64,000 nt of DNA from Acidobacteriota bacterium (GCA_034666985.1 JAXDKS010000039.1:9087-73086); one strand, 5' to 3'. Shown: positions 44,616 through 54,858, counted from the stretch's first letter. Program-made: numbers and translations. Notes: a model not told the origin generated them from the letters alone.

Positions 44616-45766
44616 CCCATCCCGGGAGGCAGCACTCCCATCAGGCGGCCCTGGCCCTCCAGGGCGCGGGGATGCTGGCCGGCTACTGGTCCGGGGTGCC
44701 CGCGCGGCGCTTCGGGCGGTACGCCCCCGTCCCCCTGGAGCCGCGGCTCACGCGCTGGTTCCCCTGGACGCCGGCTCTGCGCCGCAGCGGCGACGCCATC
44801 CTCCCGGCGGGCGCCGCGGCCTGGAACGACTTTCTCGCCTGCCGGCTGTTCGACCGCTGGGCGGCCTCCGGTCTGCGGCGGAGCGGGGCCGCCGCCGTCA
44901 TCGCCTGCGAGATCTCGGCCCTCGCCACTTTCCGCGAGGCGAAGCGACTGGGCCTCACCACCCTGCTCGACGCGCCGTCCATCCACCGCGCGGCCCAGGA
45001 CCGGCTCCACGGCACCAGCGATCCGCCGGACCTCCACCGGCGGATCGCCGCGGTCAAGGACGGGGAGATCGCCCTGGCGGACCACATCCTCACCGTCTCG
45101 GAGCTGGCGCGGCAGACCTACCTGGACGCCGGAGTGCCGGCGGAGAAGGTCCACGCCGTGGACCTGGGGGCGGACCTGGAGCTGTTCGCGCCCGTGCCGG
45201 GGGAGGAGACCACGAGGGAAGGCTTCGTCTTCCTCTTCGCCGGGGCCACGATCCGGCGGAAGGGGTTCGACCTCCTCCTGGAGGCGTTCGATCGCGTGGC
45301 TGCCGCCGAGCCCGCGGCGCGGCTGCGGATCGCCGGCCCCCGCGGCGACCTGGGGCACCTGCTGGACGGCCGGTCCCCGGAGTCCTCGGACCGGATCGCC
45401 TTCCTCGGGCCCCGGACGCAGGGCGAGCTGGCAACGGAGCTGCGCCGGGCCGACTGCCTCGTGCTCCCCTCCCGTAACGACTCCTACGCCATGGTGGTGC
45501 CCGAGGCTCTGGCTTCGGGGCTCCCCGTCCTCATCTCCGAGATGGTGGGGGCCAAAGACCTGGTGACCGAGGGACGGACCGGCTGGATCGTGCCGGTGGA
45601 GGACGCCGGCACCCTGGCCGAGCGCATGGCCTGGTGCGTCCGCCATCCCGACGCCGTCCGCGCCCTGCGGGCCGACTGCCGCCGCGCCGCCGAGGCTGCC
45701 ACCTGGCCGGCTTACGCCCGGCGCTTCACCGATCTGCTGCGCTCGCTCCTGACAGGACCGGCATGA
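44585..45766 (+). CDS. glycosyltransferase family 4
   Basis: 393 aa with VLPSRNDSYAMVVPEALASGLPVLIS. It overlaps the 3' end of the Wzy-like gene by 31 nt. Confidence 0.8.
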   Translation: MATSPTGVLVTHPGRQHSHQAALALQGAGMLAGYWSGVPARRFGRYAPVPLEPRLTRWFPWTPALRRSGDAILPAGAAAWNDFLACRLFDRWAASGLRRSGAAAVIACEISALATFREAKRLGLTTLLDAPSIHRAAQDRLHGTSDPPDLHRRIAAVKDGEIALADHILTVSELARQTYLDAGVPAEKVHAVDLGADLELFAPVPGEETTREGFVFLFAGATIRRKGFDLLLEAFDRVAAAEPAARLRIAGPRGDLGHLLDGRSPESSDRIAFLGPRTQGELATELRRADCLVLPSRNDSYAMVVPEALASGLPVLISEMVGAKDLVTEGRTGWIVPVEDAGTLAERMAWCVRHPDAVRALRADCRRAAEAATWPAYARRFTDLLRSLLTGPA

Positions 45767-46893
45767 GGCTGCTGCACGTGGTGCCCACCTACGTCCCCGC
45801 CTGGCGCCACGGCGGTCCCATCCTGGCCGTCCACGGTCTGTGCCGGGCTCTGGTGGAACGGGGCCACGAGGTGACGGTGCTGACCACCGACGTCCACGGC
45901 GACGGCCGGCTGGAGGTGCCGCTGGCCGAGCCCGTGGCGGTGGACGGGGTGGAGGTCTGGTACTTCCCCGTGCGCTGGCCGCAACGGCTCTATCTTTCCC
46001 CGGCTCTGGGGCGGGCGGCGCGGGGCGTCATGAACGGCTTCGACCTCCTCCACCTCCACTCGGTGTTCCTTTGGCCCACCTCGGCCGCGGCCCGAGCGGC
46101 CGAGGGAGCCGGCGTCCCCTACGTCGTCTCTCCCCGCGGGATGCTGGTCCCCGATCTGATCGCCCGCCGGGGGCGGTGGCGCAAGCGCGCCTGGATGCTC
46201 CTCGCCGAGCGGCGGACGCTCGAGCGGGCCGCGGCCCTCCACGTCACCAGCGAGCTCGAAGCGGACGAAGCGGCCCGGCTCGAGCTCCCCCTGCCGCCGG
46301 TCTTCGTGGTGCCGAACGGCGTGGACGTTCCGCCGGACGATGGGGACGAGCCGCGGCGGGAGCCCTTCCTCCTCTTCCTCGGCCGGGTGAGCTGGAAGAA
46401 GGGGCTCGATCGATTGATCCCGGCCCTCGCCCATTGCCCCAACGTGGAGCTGAAGATCGCCGGCAACGACGAGGAGGGGCTGCGGCCGGAGCTGGAGCGG
46501 CTGGCCGGGGAGGCGGGCGTGGCCGGCCGGGTCACCTTCCTTGGGCCCGTGGCCGGCGAGGCGAAGGCCTTGCTCCTCCGCCGGGCCGCCGTGCTCGTCC
46601 TCCCCTCCCGCTCGGAGAACTTCGGCAATGCCGTCCTGGAGGCCATGGCCGCGGGCTGCCCGGTGGCGGTCACGCCCGAGGTGGGGCTGGCCGGGACGGT
46701 GCAGGAGACCGGCTCCGGCATCGTCGTGGACGCCGACCCTGGCCGGCTCGGTGAAGCCTTGCGGGATTTGATAGTGGACGCGGCCCGGCGGGAGGAGATG
46801 GGGCGCCGCGGCACCCGCGCGGCCGCGGACCGCTTCGGCTGGCCGGCGGTGGCGCGGGCGATGGAAGCCGTCTACGAAGGGGTGAGGGCATGA
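45763..46893 (+). CDS. glycosyltransferase family 4
   Basis: ATG 45763 is in an ATGA overlap. It starts MRLLHVVPTYVPAWRHGGP and has VLPSRSENFGNAVLEAMAAGCPVAVT. Confidence 0.85.
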   Translation: MRLLHVVPTYVPAWRHGGPILAVHGLCRALVERGHEVTVLTTDVHGDGRLEVPLAEPVAVDGVEVWYFPVRWPQRLYLSPALGRAARGVMNGFDLLHLHSVFLWPTSAAARAAEGAGVPYVVSPRGMLVPDLIARRGRWRKRAWMLLAERRTLERAAALHVTSELEADEAARLELPLPPVFVVPNGVDVPPDDGDEPRREPFLLFLGRVSWKKGLDRLIPALAHCPNVELKIAGNDEEGLRPELERLAGEAGVAGRVTFLGPVAGEAKALLLRRAAVLVLPSRSENFGNAVLEAMAAGCPVAVTPEVGLAGTVQETGSGIVVDADPGRLGEALRDLIVDAARREEMGRRGTRAAADRFGWPAVARAMEAVYEGVRA

Positions 46894-48020
46894 GGATCGC
46901 CTTCCTCGTCGAGCGCCCTACCCAGTTCGAGGCGCCGTTCTACCGCTTCGCCGCCCAGGACCCGGCGCACGAGCTGCGGGTCCTGTTTACCGGCGGTCCG
47001 GGCGTGGCCGGCCCGGTCTTCGATCCCGAGCTGGGCACGTCCGTCTCCTGGGGGATCGACCTCCTCGGCGGCTACCCCTCCGAAGTCTGCCCGGAAATGG
47101 CGGCGGCGGTCTGGCTCGCCGAGCGCCTGCGGCCGGGGCGGTGCGACCTGCTGATCGCCAACGGCTACACGCAGCCGCTCTACCGGCTGGGCACCCGCAT
47201 CGCGCGGCGGGCGGGGGTCGCCACGGCCCTGAGGCTGGACTCGGTGCTCTTCGACGGCTCTCCCGTCCGCGATTTCGCCAAGCGGCTCCTCTTCGCCACC
47301 TACATGAAGAGGACGTACGACCTCTTCCTGGGCGTGGGCTCGCTGACCCTGGAGTACCTGCGGGCCTTCGGCGTGCCGGCCGGGCGGACGGGGCTCTTCC
47401 CCTACGCCGTGGACGTGGAGGCGTTCCGCTCCCGCTCGATCCTTTACCCGGCGGAGCGGGCGGCCATCCGCGAGCGGCTCGGCGTGCCGGCCGGCGCCCG
47501 GGTCATCCTCAGCCTGGCCAAGCTCAGCTCCCGGGAGGCTCCCTGGGACCTGCTGCGCGCCTTCGACCGGTTCGAGGAGGAAGACGTGTGGCTGGTGCTG
47601 GCCGGCGACGGGCCGGAGCGCGCCGCTCTGGAGAAGGCGGCGGGCCTCCGGGTCCGATTCCCTGGCTACATCCCCTATCCCGAGCTGCCGGCCCTCTACG
47701 CCGCGGCGGATCTCTTCGTCCATCCAGCCCGGGAGGAGCGCTGGGGGGTATCCGTCCAGGAGGCCCTGGCCTGCGGCTTGCCGGTCGTCGCCTCCTCCCG
47801 GGTGGGTGCGGCCTTCGACCTCATCCAGCCGGGCGGCAACGGCTTCCTCTATCCAGCGGGGAACGACGCGGAGCTGGCCGGCCGTATCGAGAGCGCCCTG
47901 GCCCTGCCGCCGGAGCGGGTGCGGCAGGCGAGCGCCGCCATCCTGGCCGAGTGGGACTACGCCGCCGTCTGGCGGGGGCTCGTCGCGGCAGCGCAGCGGC
48001 CCATGGGGAGGGCGGCGTGA
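46890..48020 (+). CDS. glycosyltransferase family 4
   Basis: It is in an ATGA overlap and has FVHPAREERWGVSVQEALACGLPVVAS. Confidence 0.8.
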   Translation: MRIAFLVERPTQFEAPFYRFAAQDPAHELRVLFTGGPGVAGPVFDPELGTSVSWGIDLLGGYPSEVCPEMAAAVWLAERLRPGRCDLLIANGYTQPLYRLGTRIARRAGVATALRLDSVLFDGSPVRDFAKRLLFATYMKRTYDLFLGVGSLTLEYLRAFGVPAGRTGLFPYAVDVEAFRSRSILYPAERAAIRERLGVPAGARVILSLAKLSSREAPWDLLRAFDRFEEEDVWLVLAGDGPERAALEKAAGLRVRFPGYIPYPELPALYAAADLFVHPAREERWGVSVQEALACGLPVVASSRVGAAFDLIQPGGNGFLYPAGNDAELAGRIESALALPPERVRQASAAILAEWDYAAVWRGLVAAAQRPMGRAA

Positions 48021-48880
48021 TCCCCCTCTCCGTCCTGGTGACCACCCGCAACGAGGAGGCCAACGTCGAGCGCTGCCTTCAGAGCGTCCACGGCTTCGCG
48101 GACCAGATCTTCGTCCTCGACTCCGAGAGCACCGACCGGACAGTCGAGATCGCCAGCCGGTTCGCCGAGGTCCGCACCCTGGCCTACGAGCACGGCCGGA
48201 TCATCCCCTGGATCTTCCAGTGGGGACTGGACAACCTCCCCCTGCGCCACGACTGGGTGCTCATCCTGGAGGCCGACCAGGCCGTCACCCCTGAGCTGCG
48301 TACGGAGATCGCGGCCCTCCTCGCCCGGCCCGAGGTCCGCGAGGACGGCTTCTACATCCGCCGGCGGCAGATCTTCCGCGGCAAGCCCCTGCGCTTCGGC
48401 GGCTACGGCAGCAAGGTGCTGCTCAAGCTCTTCCGCCATAGCCGCTCCGAGCTCGATCCGGTGGAGCAGGACACCCGGGTCTACGTCCGCGGTCCCGTCG
48501 GCCGCCTGCGCGCGCCGCTCGACGAATGGAATCGCAAGGAGGATTTCATCCTCTTCTATCTGGAGAAGCATCTCCGCTATGCTGAGGCCTTCGCTCAGGA
48601 AGAGTACGAACGCCGGCGCCGCCACCTCCCCTGGAAGGCGACGCCGCGGCTCTTCGGCACTCCCGACGAGAGGATCCTTTGGCTGAAAGACCGTTACTAC
48701 CGCATGCCGCTGTTCGTCCGGCCGGCCCTGTACTTCCTCTACCGGTACTTCTTCCTGCTGGGACTCCTCGACGGCAGGACGGGTTTCGTCTTCCACTTCC
48801 TCCAGGCCTTCTGGTTCCGGCTGGTGGTCGACGTCCGGCTGGAGGAGCTGATGCGGGACGCGAAGGATCTGGAAACCTGA
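48017..48880 (+). CDS. glycosyltransferase family 2
   Basis: GTG 48017 is in a GTGA overlap. It has LSVLVTTRNEEANVERCL and VLDSESTDRT (GT-A D-x-D-type region). Confidence 0.8.
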   Translation: MIPLSVLVTTRNEEANVERCLQSVHGFADQIFVLDSESTDRTVEIASRFAEVRTLAYEHGRIIPWIFQWGLDNLPLRHDWVLILEADQAVTPELRTEIAALLARPEVREDGFYIRRRQIFRGKPLRFGGYGSKVLLKLFRHSRSELDPVEQDTRVYVRGPVGRLRAPLDEWNRKEDFILFYLEKHLRYAEAFAQEEYERRRRHLPWKATPRLFGTPDERILWLKDRYYRMPLFVRPALYFLYRYFFLLGLLDGRTGFVFHFLQAFWFRLVVDVRLEELMRDAKDLET

Positions 48881-48899
48881 AGCAGAGAGCCTGCCGATC

Positions 48900-49802
48900 A
48901 TGAGGTCCCTGCCCCTCGTCCGCTCCCTGGCGTACTCGCTGCGCACCCGGCCCCTCCTCGGCCGCTGGGCGCTGCGGATGATCCCTGACATCCCGTGGAC
49001 GGTGCAGGTCGAGGGGATCGGCCCCTTCCGCGTCCACCTGCGGCGCAACCGCTCCTGGTGGCTGCGCGAGCCGCTGGAGAGCGAGAGCTTCCCCTTCGCC
49101 ATGCTCCGCCACCTGGTGCGGCCGGGCGACGTGGTCTACGACTGCGGCGCGAACCTGGGACTCTACGCCCGTTTCCTCGTCTCGACCCTGGGCGCCGGCC
49201 GGGTGGTGGCCTTCGAGCCGTCGCCGGACAACCGCCGCTCCCTGGCCGCCAACCTCGCCCTCGGCGGCATCGCGGACCGGGTCAACGTCCTGCCCATGGC
49301 CCTGGCCGACGAGGACGGCATGGCGGAGTTCCAGGTGGACGACATGCAGACCTCCTCGGGAACGCTGAGCAAGGTCACGGGCGGGGAGGCATCCGAGGGG
49401 CGAAGGAACCTGCGGCTCGGCCCCCTGACCGACCAGGTCCTCTGCCGCCGGCTGGACACCGTGGTGGCCGAGGAGGGCCTGCCCCTCCCGGACGTGATCA
49501 AGATCGACGTCGAGGGGGCCGAGCCCCTCCTCCTCCGCGGCGCCGCCGGTCTCCTCCGCAAACGGCGGCCAGCGCTGGTCATCGAGCTGCACGGCGCCGA
49601 GGTGGCCCGCGAGGTGCTCATCCTCCTCCACGACCTCGGCTACGCCTGCGCGGCCAGGGTGAGCGCCCACATCCACCCCAGGGGGTACGGCCCCGTCGAT
49701 CCCTCGGTGCTGCCCCAGGTGGAAGGGCCCTACGACATCCACTTCATCGTGGCCGCGCGCGATCCGGCCGCCCTGCCGGCCGCCTGGGAGCCCGCGCCAT
49801 GA
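48900..49802 (+). CDS. FkbM family methyltransferase
   Basis: 300 aa with VYDCGANLGLYA and IKIDVEGAEPLLL, which are FkbM hallmarks. Confidence 0.85.
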   Translation: MRSLPLVRSLAYSLRTRPLLGRWALRMIPDIPWTVQVEGIGPFRVHLRRNRSWWLREPLESESFPFAMLRHLVRPGDVVYDCGANLGLYARFLVSTLGAGRVVAFEPSPDNRRSLAANLALGGIADRVNVLPMALADEDGMAEFQVDDMQTSSGTLSKVTGGEASEGRRNLRLGPLTDQVLCRRLDTVVAEEGLPLPDVIKIDVEGAEPLLLRGAAGLLRKRRPALVIELHGAEVAREVLILLHDLGYACAARVSAHIHPRGYGPVDPSVLPQVEGPYDIHFIVAARDPAALPAAWEPAP

Positions 49803-50893
49803 GCGCCCCGGGCAAGGTCTTCCTCGCCAAGGCCGGGCGCGTGCTGCGGCGCAAGGCCGAAAGCCTCGTAGGGCGGGTCTTCCCCCTGGACGAGACGCTG
49901 GACGCCATGGCGCTGCGCCCCTACGAGCTCCACCTCGAGCTCACCAACCTGTGCAACGCCAACTGCGTCTTCTGCCCCTACCAGTTCCAGGAGCGGGAGG
50001 TCCGGTACATGCCGGACGAGGTCTTCCGCAAGGCAGTGGACGACTTCGTGGCGTGCGGCGGCGGCAGCGTCGGGCTGACACCCATCGTGGGCGACGCCCT
50101 CATCCATCCGGACTTCGTGGCCCGGGTGCGCTACCTGCGTTCGCTGCCGGCCATCGACCGCATCTGGGTGACCACCAACGCCATCCTCCTGGACAAGCAC
50201 GGCATCGGCGAGGTCCTGGCCTCGGGGCTGACCTCCATCACCATCAGCACCTCCGGTTTCGACGAGGCCTCCTACCGCCGTATCTACCGCTCCAGCGCCT
50301 ACGAGCGGTTCCGCCGCAACGTCCTGGAGCTGGCGGAGCGCAACCGCGCGCTGCCCGAGCCGCTGACCCTCACCATCGGCCTGCGCACGGACCGCCCCCT
50401 GGACGAGGTGATGCGGGACCCCGACTTTCAGCCCATCCTCGCCTGCGAGCCGGCGATCGACTTCACCTGGTCGTTCACCTCCGCCGGCGGCCGGATCACC
50501 CGCGAGACCCTGCCGGCGGGCATGCAGCTCCGCGTCGTCTCCTCGCGCCAGGAGACCTGCGTACAGCTCTACAACGGCCCCATCGTCCTACCGGACGGCA
50601 CGGTGATGGCCTGCAGTTGCGTGGCCGCCATGGACGCGGTGACCGACCTGGGGATCGGCAACGTGCTCCAGGAGAGCCTCGCCGACCTGTGGCGCAACGA
50701 GCACACGGCGCGGTTGCGGGCGAGCTTCGCCGCGGGCGGCCTCAACAAGACCTGCGCCGGCTGCGACATGTACCGCGGCCTCGAGCTGTACCGCACGGGC
50801 GAGGGGCGCGAGCGGGCGCGGATCAACCGTGCCCGCGGCCGGGGGGAGATCGTCCGCCGGGAGAAGCCGAAGGGTGCCTTCAGCGGTGGGTGA
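49799..50893 (+). CDS. radical SAM / SPASM-domain protein
   Basis: ATG 49799 is in an ATGA overlap. It has the C-x3-C-x2-C cluster CNANCVFC and a C-terminal Cys-rich region CVQLYNGP...ACSC...CAGCDMY. Confidence 0.85.
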   Translation: MSAPGKVFLAKAGRVLRRKAESLVGRVFPLDETLDAMALRPYELHLELTNLCNANCVFCPYQFQEREVRYMPDEVFRKAVDDFVACGGGSVGLTPIVGDALIHPDFVARVRYLRSLPAIDRIWVTTNAILLDKHGIGEVLASGLTSITISTSGFDEASYRRIYRSSAYERFRRNVLELAERNRALPEPLTLTIGLRTDRPLDEVMRDPDFQPILACEPAIDFTWSFTSAGGRITRETLPAGMQLRVVSSRQETCVQLYNGPIVLPDGTVMACSCVAAMDAVTDLGIGNVLQESLADLWRNEHTARLRASFAAGGLNKTCAGCDMYRGLELYRTGEGRERARINRARGRGEIVRREKPKGAFSGG

Positions 50894-52661
50894 AAGACGG
50901 ATCCTGGGTCTCTCCGCCTTCCATGCCGATGCCTCAGCCGCAGCGCTGGTGGACGGCCGGTTCGTGGCCGGCGTCGAGGAGGAGCGCTTCCGGCGGATCA
51001 AGCACTGGGCCGGCTTCCCCGAACGGGCCCTGCGCTTCTGCCTCGGCGAGATGGGCGGGACCCTCGGGGAGGTGGAGGCCCTCGCCGTGTCGCGCCAGCC
51101 GCGGGCCTACCTGCTGCGCAAGGCCCTCCTCGCCGTCTCCCACCCCCGCAGCTTGCGCCGCGCCGCCTCGCGGGCCCGCAACCTGGCGCAGGTCCAATCG
51201 CTGGAGGAGCGGATCGCCATCGATCTCAAGGATCTGAGCGGCCCGGTGCCGCGGCTCCATGCCGTGGAGCACCACCTGGCCCACGTTGCCTCGGCCTTCT
51301 TCTGCTCGCCCTTCGAGGAGGCCATGTGCCTGTCGGTGGACGGCTTCGGCGACTTCGTCTCGACGATGCTGGCGGTGGGACGCGGCCGTTCCGTGGAGGT
51401 CCTGCAGCGCGTCCACTTCCCCCACTCCCTGGGGCAGCTCTACACCGCCGTCACCCAGTACCTGGGCTTCCCGGGCTTCGGCGACGAGTACAAGGTGATG
51501 GGCCTCGCCGCCTATGGCGAGCCCGCGTTCGCCGCCGAGCTGCGCCGGGTGGTGCCGGCGCTGCCCGACGGCACCTTCCGCCTCGACCTGCGCTACTTCC
51601 GCCACCTCTCCGAGGGGGTGGACATGACCTGGGACGACGGCGCGCCCGTCCTGGGCCCCCTCTTCACTCCGGCCCTCGAAGAGCTGCTGGGGCCGGCCCG
51701 GCGGTCCGGCGAGGAGTTGACCCAGCGCCACAAGGATCTGGCGGCCTCGCTGCAGCGGGTCTACGAAGAACGCTTCTTTGCCCTGGTGCGCGCCCTCCAG
51801 AAGCGCACCGGGCTCAAGCGCCTGGCGCTCGCCGGCGGCTGCGGCATGAACTCGCTCGCCAACGGCCGGCTGTTCATGAAGACGGACGTGGAGGAGATCT
51901 ACATCCAGGCCGCCGCCGGTGATGCCGGCACGGCCCTGGGCGCCGCCCTCTGGGTGCACCACGCGGTGCTCGGCGCGCCCCGCGACGGCTTCGTCATGGA
52001 CCACTGCTACTGGGGACCCGCCTACGGCGAAGCGGAGATCCGCCGCGCGATCGCCGCCGGTATCCCGGAGTCGGGGGGGCGCGACGGCACCTTCGGCGAG
52101 GTGCGGATCGAGGATGTGGACGACGAGGACGGGCTGGCGGCCGAGACCGCCGAGGCCCTGATCCGCGGCGAGGTCGTGGGCTGGTACCAGGGGCGCTCCG
52201 AGTGGGGGCCGCGAGCGCTGGGCAACCGCTCGATCCTGGCCGATCCCCGGCGCGGGGACATGAAGGACCTCCTCAACCTCAAGATCAAGCGCCGCGAGTC
52301 GTTCCGCCCCTTCGCCCCCTCGGTGCTCGAGGAGCGCACGGGCGAGTGGTTCACGATCGACTACCCCGATCCGTTCATGATCAAGGTCTACCCCATCCGC
52401 CCCGAGAAGCGGCCGCTCATCCCCGCCGTCACCCACGCCGACGGCACCGGCCGCCTGCAGACCGTGTCGCGGCGGACCAACCCCCGCTACTGGCAGCTCA
52501 TCCGCGCCTTCGAGGAACGGACGGGCGTGCCCATGGTGCTCAACACCTCGTTCAACGAGAACGAGCCCATCGTCAACACCCCGGCCGAGGCCTTGGACTG
52601 CTTCCTGCGCACCCGCATGGACCGGCTGGTGCTGGGCGACATGGTGCTCTCCCGGAGCTGA
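50886..52661 (+). CDS. carbamoyltransferase (NodU/CmcH family)
   Basis: GTG 50886 overlaps the upstream gene by 8 nt. It has ILGLSAFHADASAALV, EEERFRRIKHWAGFP and the C-terminal LNTSFNENEPIV. Confidence 0.9.
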   Translation: MGERRILGLSAFHADASAAALVDGRFVAGVEEERFRRIKHWAGFPERALRFCLGEMGGTLGEVEALAVSRQPRAYLLRKALLAVSHPRSLRRAASRARNLAQVQSLEERIAIDLKDLSGPVPRLHAVEHHLAHVASAFFCSPFEEAMCLSVDGFGDFVSTMLAVGRGRSVEVLQRVHFPHSLGQLYTAVTQYLGFPGFGDEYKVMGLAAYGEPAFAAELRRVVPALPDGTFRLDLRYFRHLSEGVDMTWDDGAPVLGPLFTPALEELLGPARRSGEELTQRHKDLAASLQRVYEERFFALVRALQKRTGLKRLALAGGCGMNSLANGRLFMKTDVEEIYIQAAAGDAGTALGAALWVHHAVLGAPRDGFVMDHCYWGPAYGEAEIRRAIAAGIPESGGRDGTFGEVRIEDVDDEDGLAAETAEALIRGEVVGWYQGRSEWGPRALGNRSILADPRRGDMKDLLNLKIKRRESFRPFAPSVLEERTGEWFTIDYPDPFMIKVYPIRPEKRPLIPAVTHADGTGRLQTVSRRTNPRYWQLIRAFEERTGVPMVLNTSFNENEPIVNTPAEALDCFLRTRMDRLVLGDMVLSRS

Positions 52662-52676
52662 GGGACCGTCCCGCGG

Positions 52677-53765
52677 ATGAGAATCCTCCTCGTCAGCCAT
52701 CCTCCCCTCAGCGCCGAGCTCGGGGCGCCGCAGATCGTCCTCAATCTCGCCGCGGCTCTCCGCGCCCGCGGTCACGACGCGCTGGCCTGGTCGCCGGAGC
52801 CGCTGCCGCCGGGCGCCGGGCGGTGGAGCCCGTGGAAGCGGCAGCGGCAGGCCCTGGAGAGCTTCGCGGCCGAGCACGGCCCCTTCGACGTCATTGATAC
52901 GCCGGCCATCACCGCGGGCCGCGGCCTCGCGCGCCGGGGAAGCCTGGTGGTGCGGAGCATTCAGCCGGAGCTGCTCTACCTGTGGCAGGACATCCGGGCA
53001 GGCCTGGGCCGGCTTCCCCCAACCCCTCGATCCGTGGCCCATGCCCTGATCGCCGCGCCTCGCGCCGCGGCCATCCTCGCCGGCTGGCGCCGCGCCTGCC
53101 TCATCCTGTGCATGGGGAGGATCGAGCTCTCCTGGATGCTCCGGCTCTTTCCCCGCTGGAGGCCCAAGCTGGGCTCCTACGTCTGCGCCCCGTCGCCCTC
53201 CGAGAGGCCCGTCCTGATCGAGGTCCGGCGGCAGCGGCCGGCGGGACCTGAGGGTGAGGGAGTCCGCTTTCTCTGGATCGGCCGCTGGGCCGCGCACAAG
53301 GGAACGGGACGGCTGGTGCGCTGGATCGCGGAGCGCGCCGCCGCCGCTCCCCGCGACACGTTCACCCTCGCCGGCTGCGGTGCCGCCGCGGAGCGGGACC
53401 TGCGGCCGGAATGGCTCCGCTGCGGCCGGGTCCGCCTCGTCCCCGCGTTCCCGCGGACGGAGCTTCCCGCCCTTCTGGCCGCCCACGATGCCGGGGTGTT
53501 CACCAGCACCGTCGAGGGATGGGGCCTCAGCCTCAACGAGATGCTGGAGTCCGGCCTGCCAGTCTTCGCCACCGAAGCGGGCGCCGTCGCGGACCTCCGG
53601 CCCTTCTTTCCCGAGTCCCTGCGCCCGTTCCCCCCGCCGGTGCGGATCGGGCCGCCGTCCGCCCGGGAGGACCTCGAAGCCAACGGCTACTTCGCGAGGT
53701 TCAACTGGGCGGCCATCGCCAAGTCCTACGAGGAGGCGGTCCTCGGACCGCGGCTCCATGGCTGA
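52677..53765 (+). CDS. glycosyltransferase (GT4-like)
   Basis: It starts MRILLVSHPP and has the E-x7-E-like region TSTVEGWGLSLNEMLESGLPVFAT. Confidence 0.65.
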   Translation: MRILLVSHPPLSAELGAPQIVLNLAAALRARGHDALAWSPEPLPPGAGRWSPWKRQRQALESFAAEHGPFDVIDTPAITAGRGLARRGSLVVRSIQPELLYLWQDIRAGLGRLPPTPRSVAHALIAAPRAAAILAGWRRACLILCMGRIELSWMLRLFPRWRPKLGSYVCAPSPSERPVLIEVRRQRPAGPEGEGVRFLWIGRWAAHKGTGRLVRWIAERAAAAPRDTFTLAGCGAAAERDLRPEWLRCGRVRLVPAFPRTELPALLAAHDAGVFTSTVEGWGLSLNEMLESGLPVFATEAGAVADLRPFFPESLRPFPPPVRIGPPSAREDLEANGYFARFNWAAIAKSYEEAVLGPRLHG

Positions 53766-54858
53766 GCCTCTCCGCACCATCGTCCATGTGGCGCAGATCG
53801 AGATCTCCCGGGAGTCGGGGATGGGGCGGGTCGCCTGGCACTGGCGGCAGGAGCTGGAGGCCCGCGGGTATGCCTTCCTTCACATCGGGCCGCGCGAGGT
53901 CGGCCGTCCGGTCCACCCCGCATTCTTCCCCTATGCGGCCTGGCGCCGGTTCCGGCGGCTGGGGCTGCGGCCGGCAGCCTTCCTGGTCCACGAACCGACC
54001 GGCGTACCCTTCGTCGTCGCCGGGGTGCCGGCCTTCGTCTTCAGCCACGGCCTGGAGCGGCGCGGCTGGGAGGCGACCCTGGCCCATGCCGCGGCCTCCG
54101 GCCGCCCGATCCGCGCCCGTTCCCGCCTGCTCTTCCCGCTCTGGCGCCTGCGCCAGGCGGACTTCTCCCTGCGCCGCGCCCGGGCCGTGCTCGTCCTCAA
54201 CCGGGACGACCTGGCCGAAGTGCAGACCCGCTACCGCCGCCGCCGCGAGGACCTCTTCCTCTTCAAGAACGGGGTGGACCCGCTGCCGGCGCCGACGCGT
54301 GAGACCCCGGAGGGGCCGCCGACCGTCCTCTTTCTCGGCTCCTGGCTCGCCCGCAAAGGGACAGCCACCCTGGTGACAGCGGCGGACCTGCTGCGCCGGC
54401 GCGGTGTCGCGGCCCGCTTCCTGCTGGCGGGCACGGGGGCCGGGGAGGCCGAGGTCCTCGCCGCCTGGCCGGCGGAGCTGCGCGGCTCGGTGCGCGTGCT
54501 CCCCTCCTTCCCGGCCGCCGGCGAGGCGGCCCTCTATGCCGCGGCGGACCTGTTCGTCCTGCCGAGCTTCTTCGAAGGCCAGCCCCTGGCCCTCCTCCAG
54601 GCCATGGTCACCGGGTGCTGCTGCCTAGTTGCGGACATCGCCGGCCCTCGGGATCTGATCGACCATCGCCGCAACGGGCTCCTCCACACGGCGGGCGACG
54701 CCGGGGAGCTCGCCGATCAGATGGCGGAATGCCTGGCGAGCCCGGCCTTGCGCCACGAGCTCGGGAGCGCCGCCCGCAGCCTCGTGGCCGGGCGCACCTG
54801 GGACGCCGCCGCCGGCGAGGTGGCGGATTTCATCGCGGGGGTCCTCGCCTCGCCATGA
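53758..54858 (+). CDS. glycosyltransferase family 4
   Basis: ATG 53758 overlaps the upstream gene by 8 nt. It has FVLPSFFEGQPLALLQAMVTGCCCLVA. Confidence 0.8.
   Translation: MAEPLRTIVHVAQIEISRESGMGRVAWHWRQELEARGYAFLHIGPREVGRPVHPAFFPYAAWRRFRRLGLRPAAFLVHEPTGVPFVVAGVPAFVFSHGLERRGWEATLAHAAASGRPIRARSRLLFPLWRLRQADFSLRRARAVLVLNRDDLAEVQTRYRRRREDLFLFKNGVDPLPAPTRETPEGPPTVLFLGSWLARKGTATLVTAADLLRRRGVAARFLLAGTGAGEAEVLAAWPAELRGSVRVLPSFPAAGEAALYAAADLFVLPSFFEGQPLALLQAMVTGCCCLVADIAGPRDLIDHRRNGLLHTAGDAGELADQMAECLASPALRHELGSAARSLVAGRTWDAAAGEVADFIAGVLASP

Noticed and set aside
49799-50893. Radical SAM/SPASM enzyme as a RiPP maturase with a hidden precursor peptide
   Set aside because: The flanking genes overlap or are separated by 19 nt or less, which leaves no room for even a short precursor ORF. 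The surrounding context is entirely glycan biosynthesis.
50934-53780. 948-aa minus-strand ORF. The same applies to 39789..42122 (777 aa), 18501..20606 (701 aa), 20996..22891 (631 aa), 14423..16153 (576 aa), 29814..31472, 32355..34001, 33766..35355, 6029..7630 and 24644..26143.
   Set aside because: All are antisense or off-frame shadows of genes with clear family motifs. Their translations are low-complexity R/G/P/A strings with no recognisable domains.
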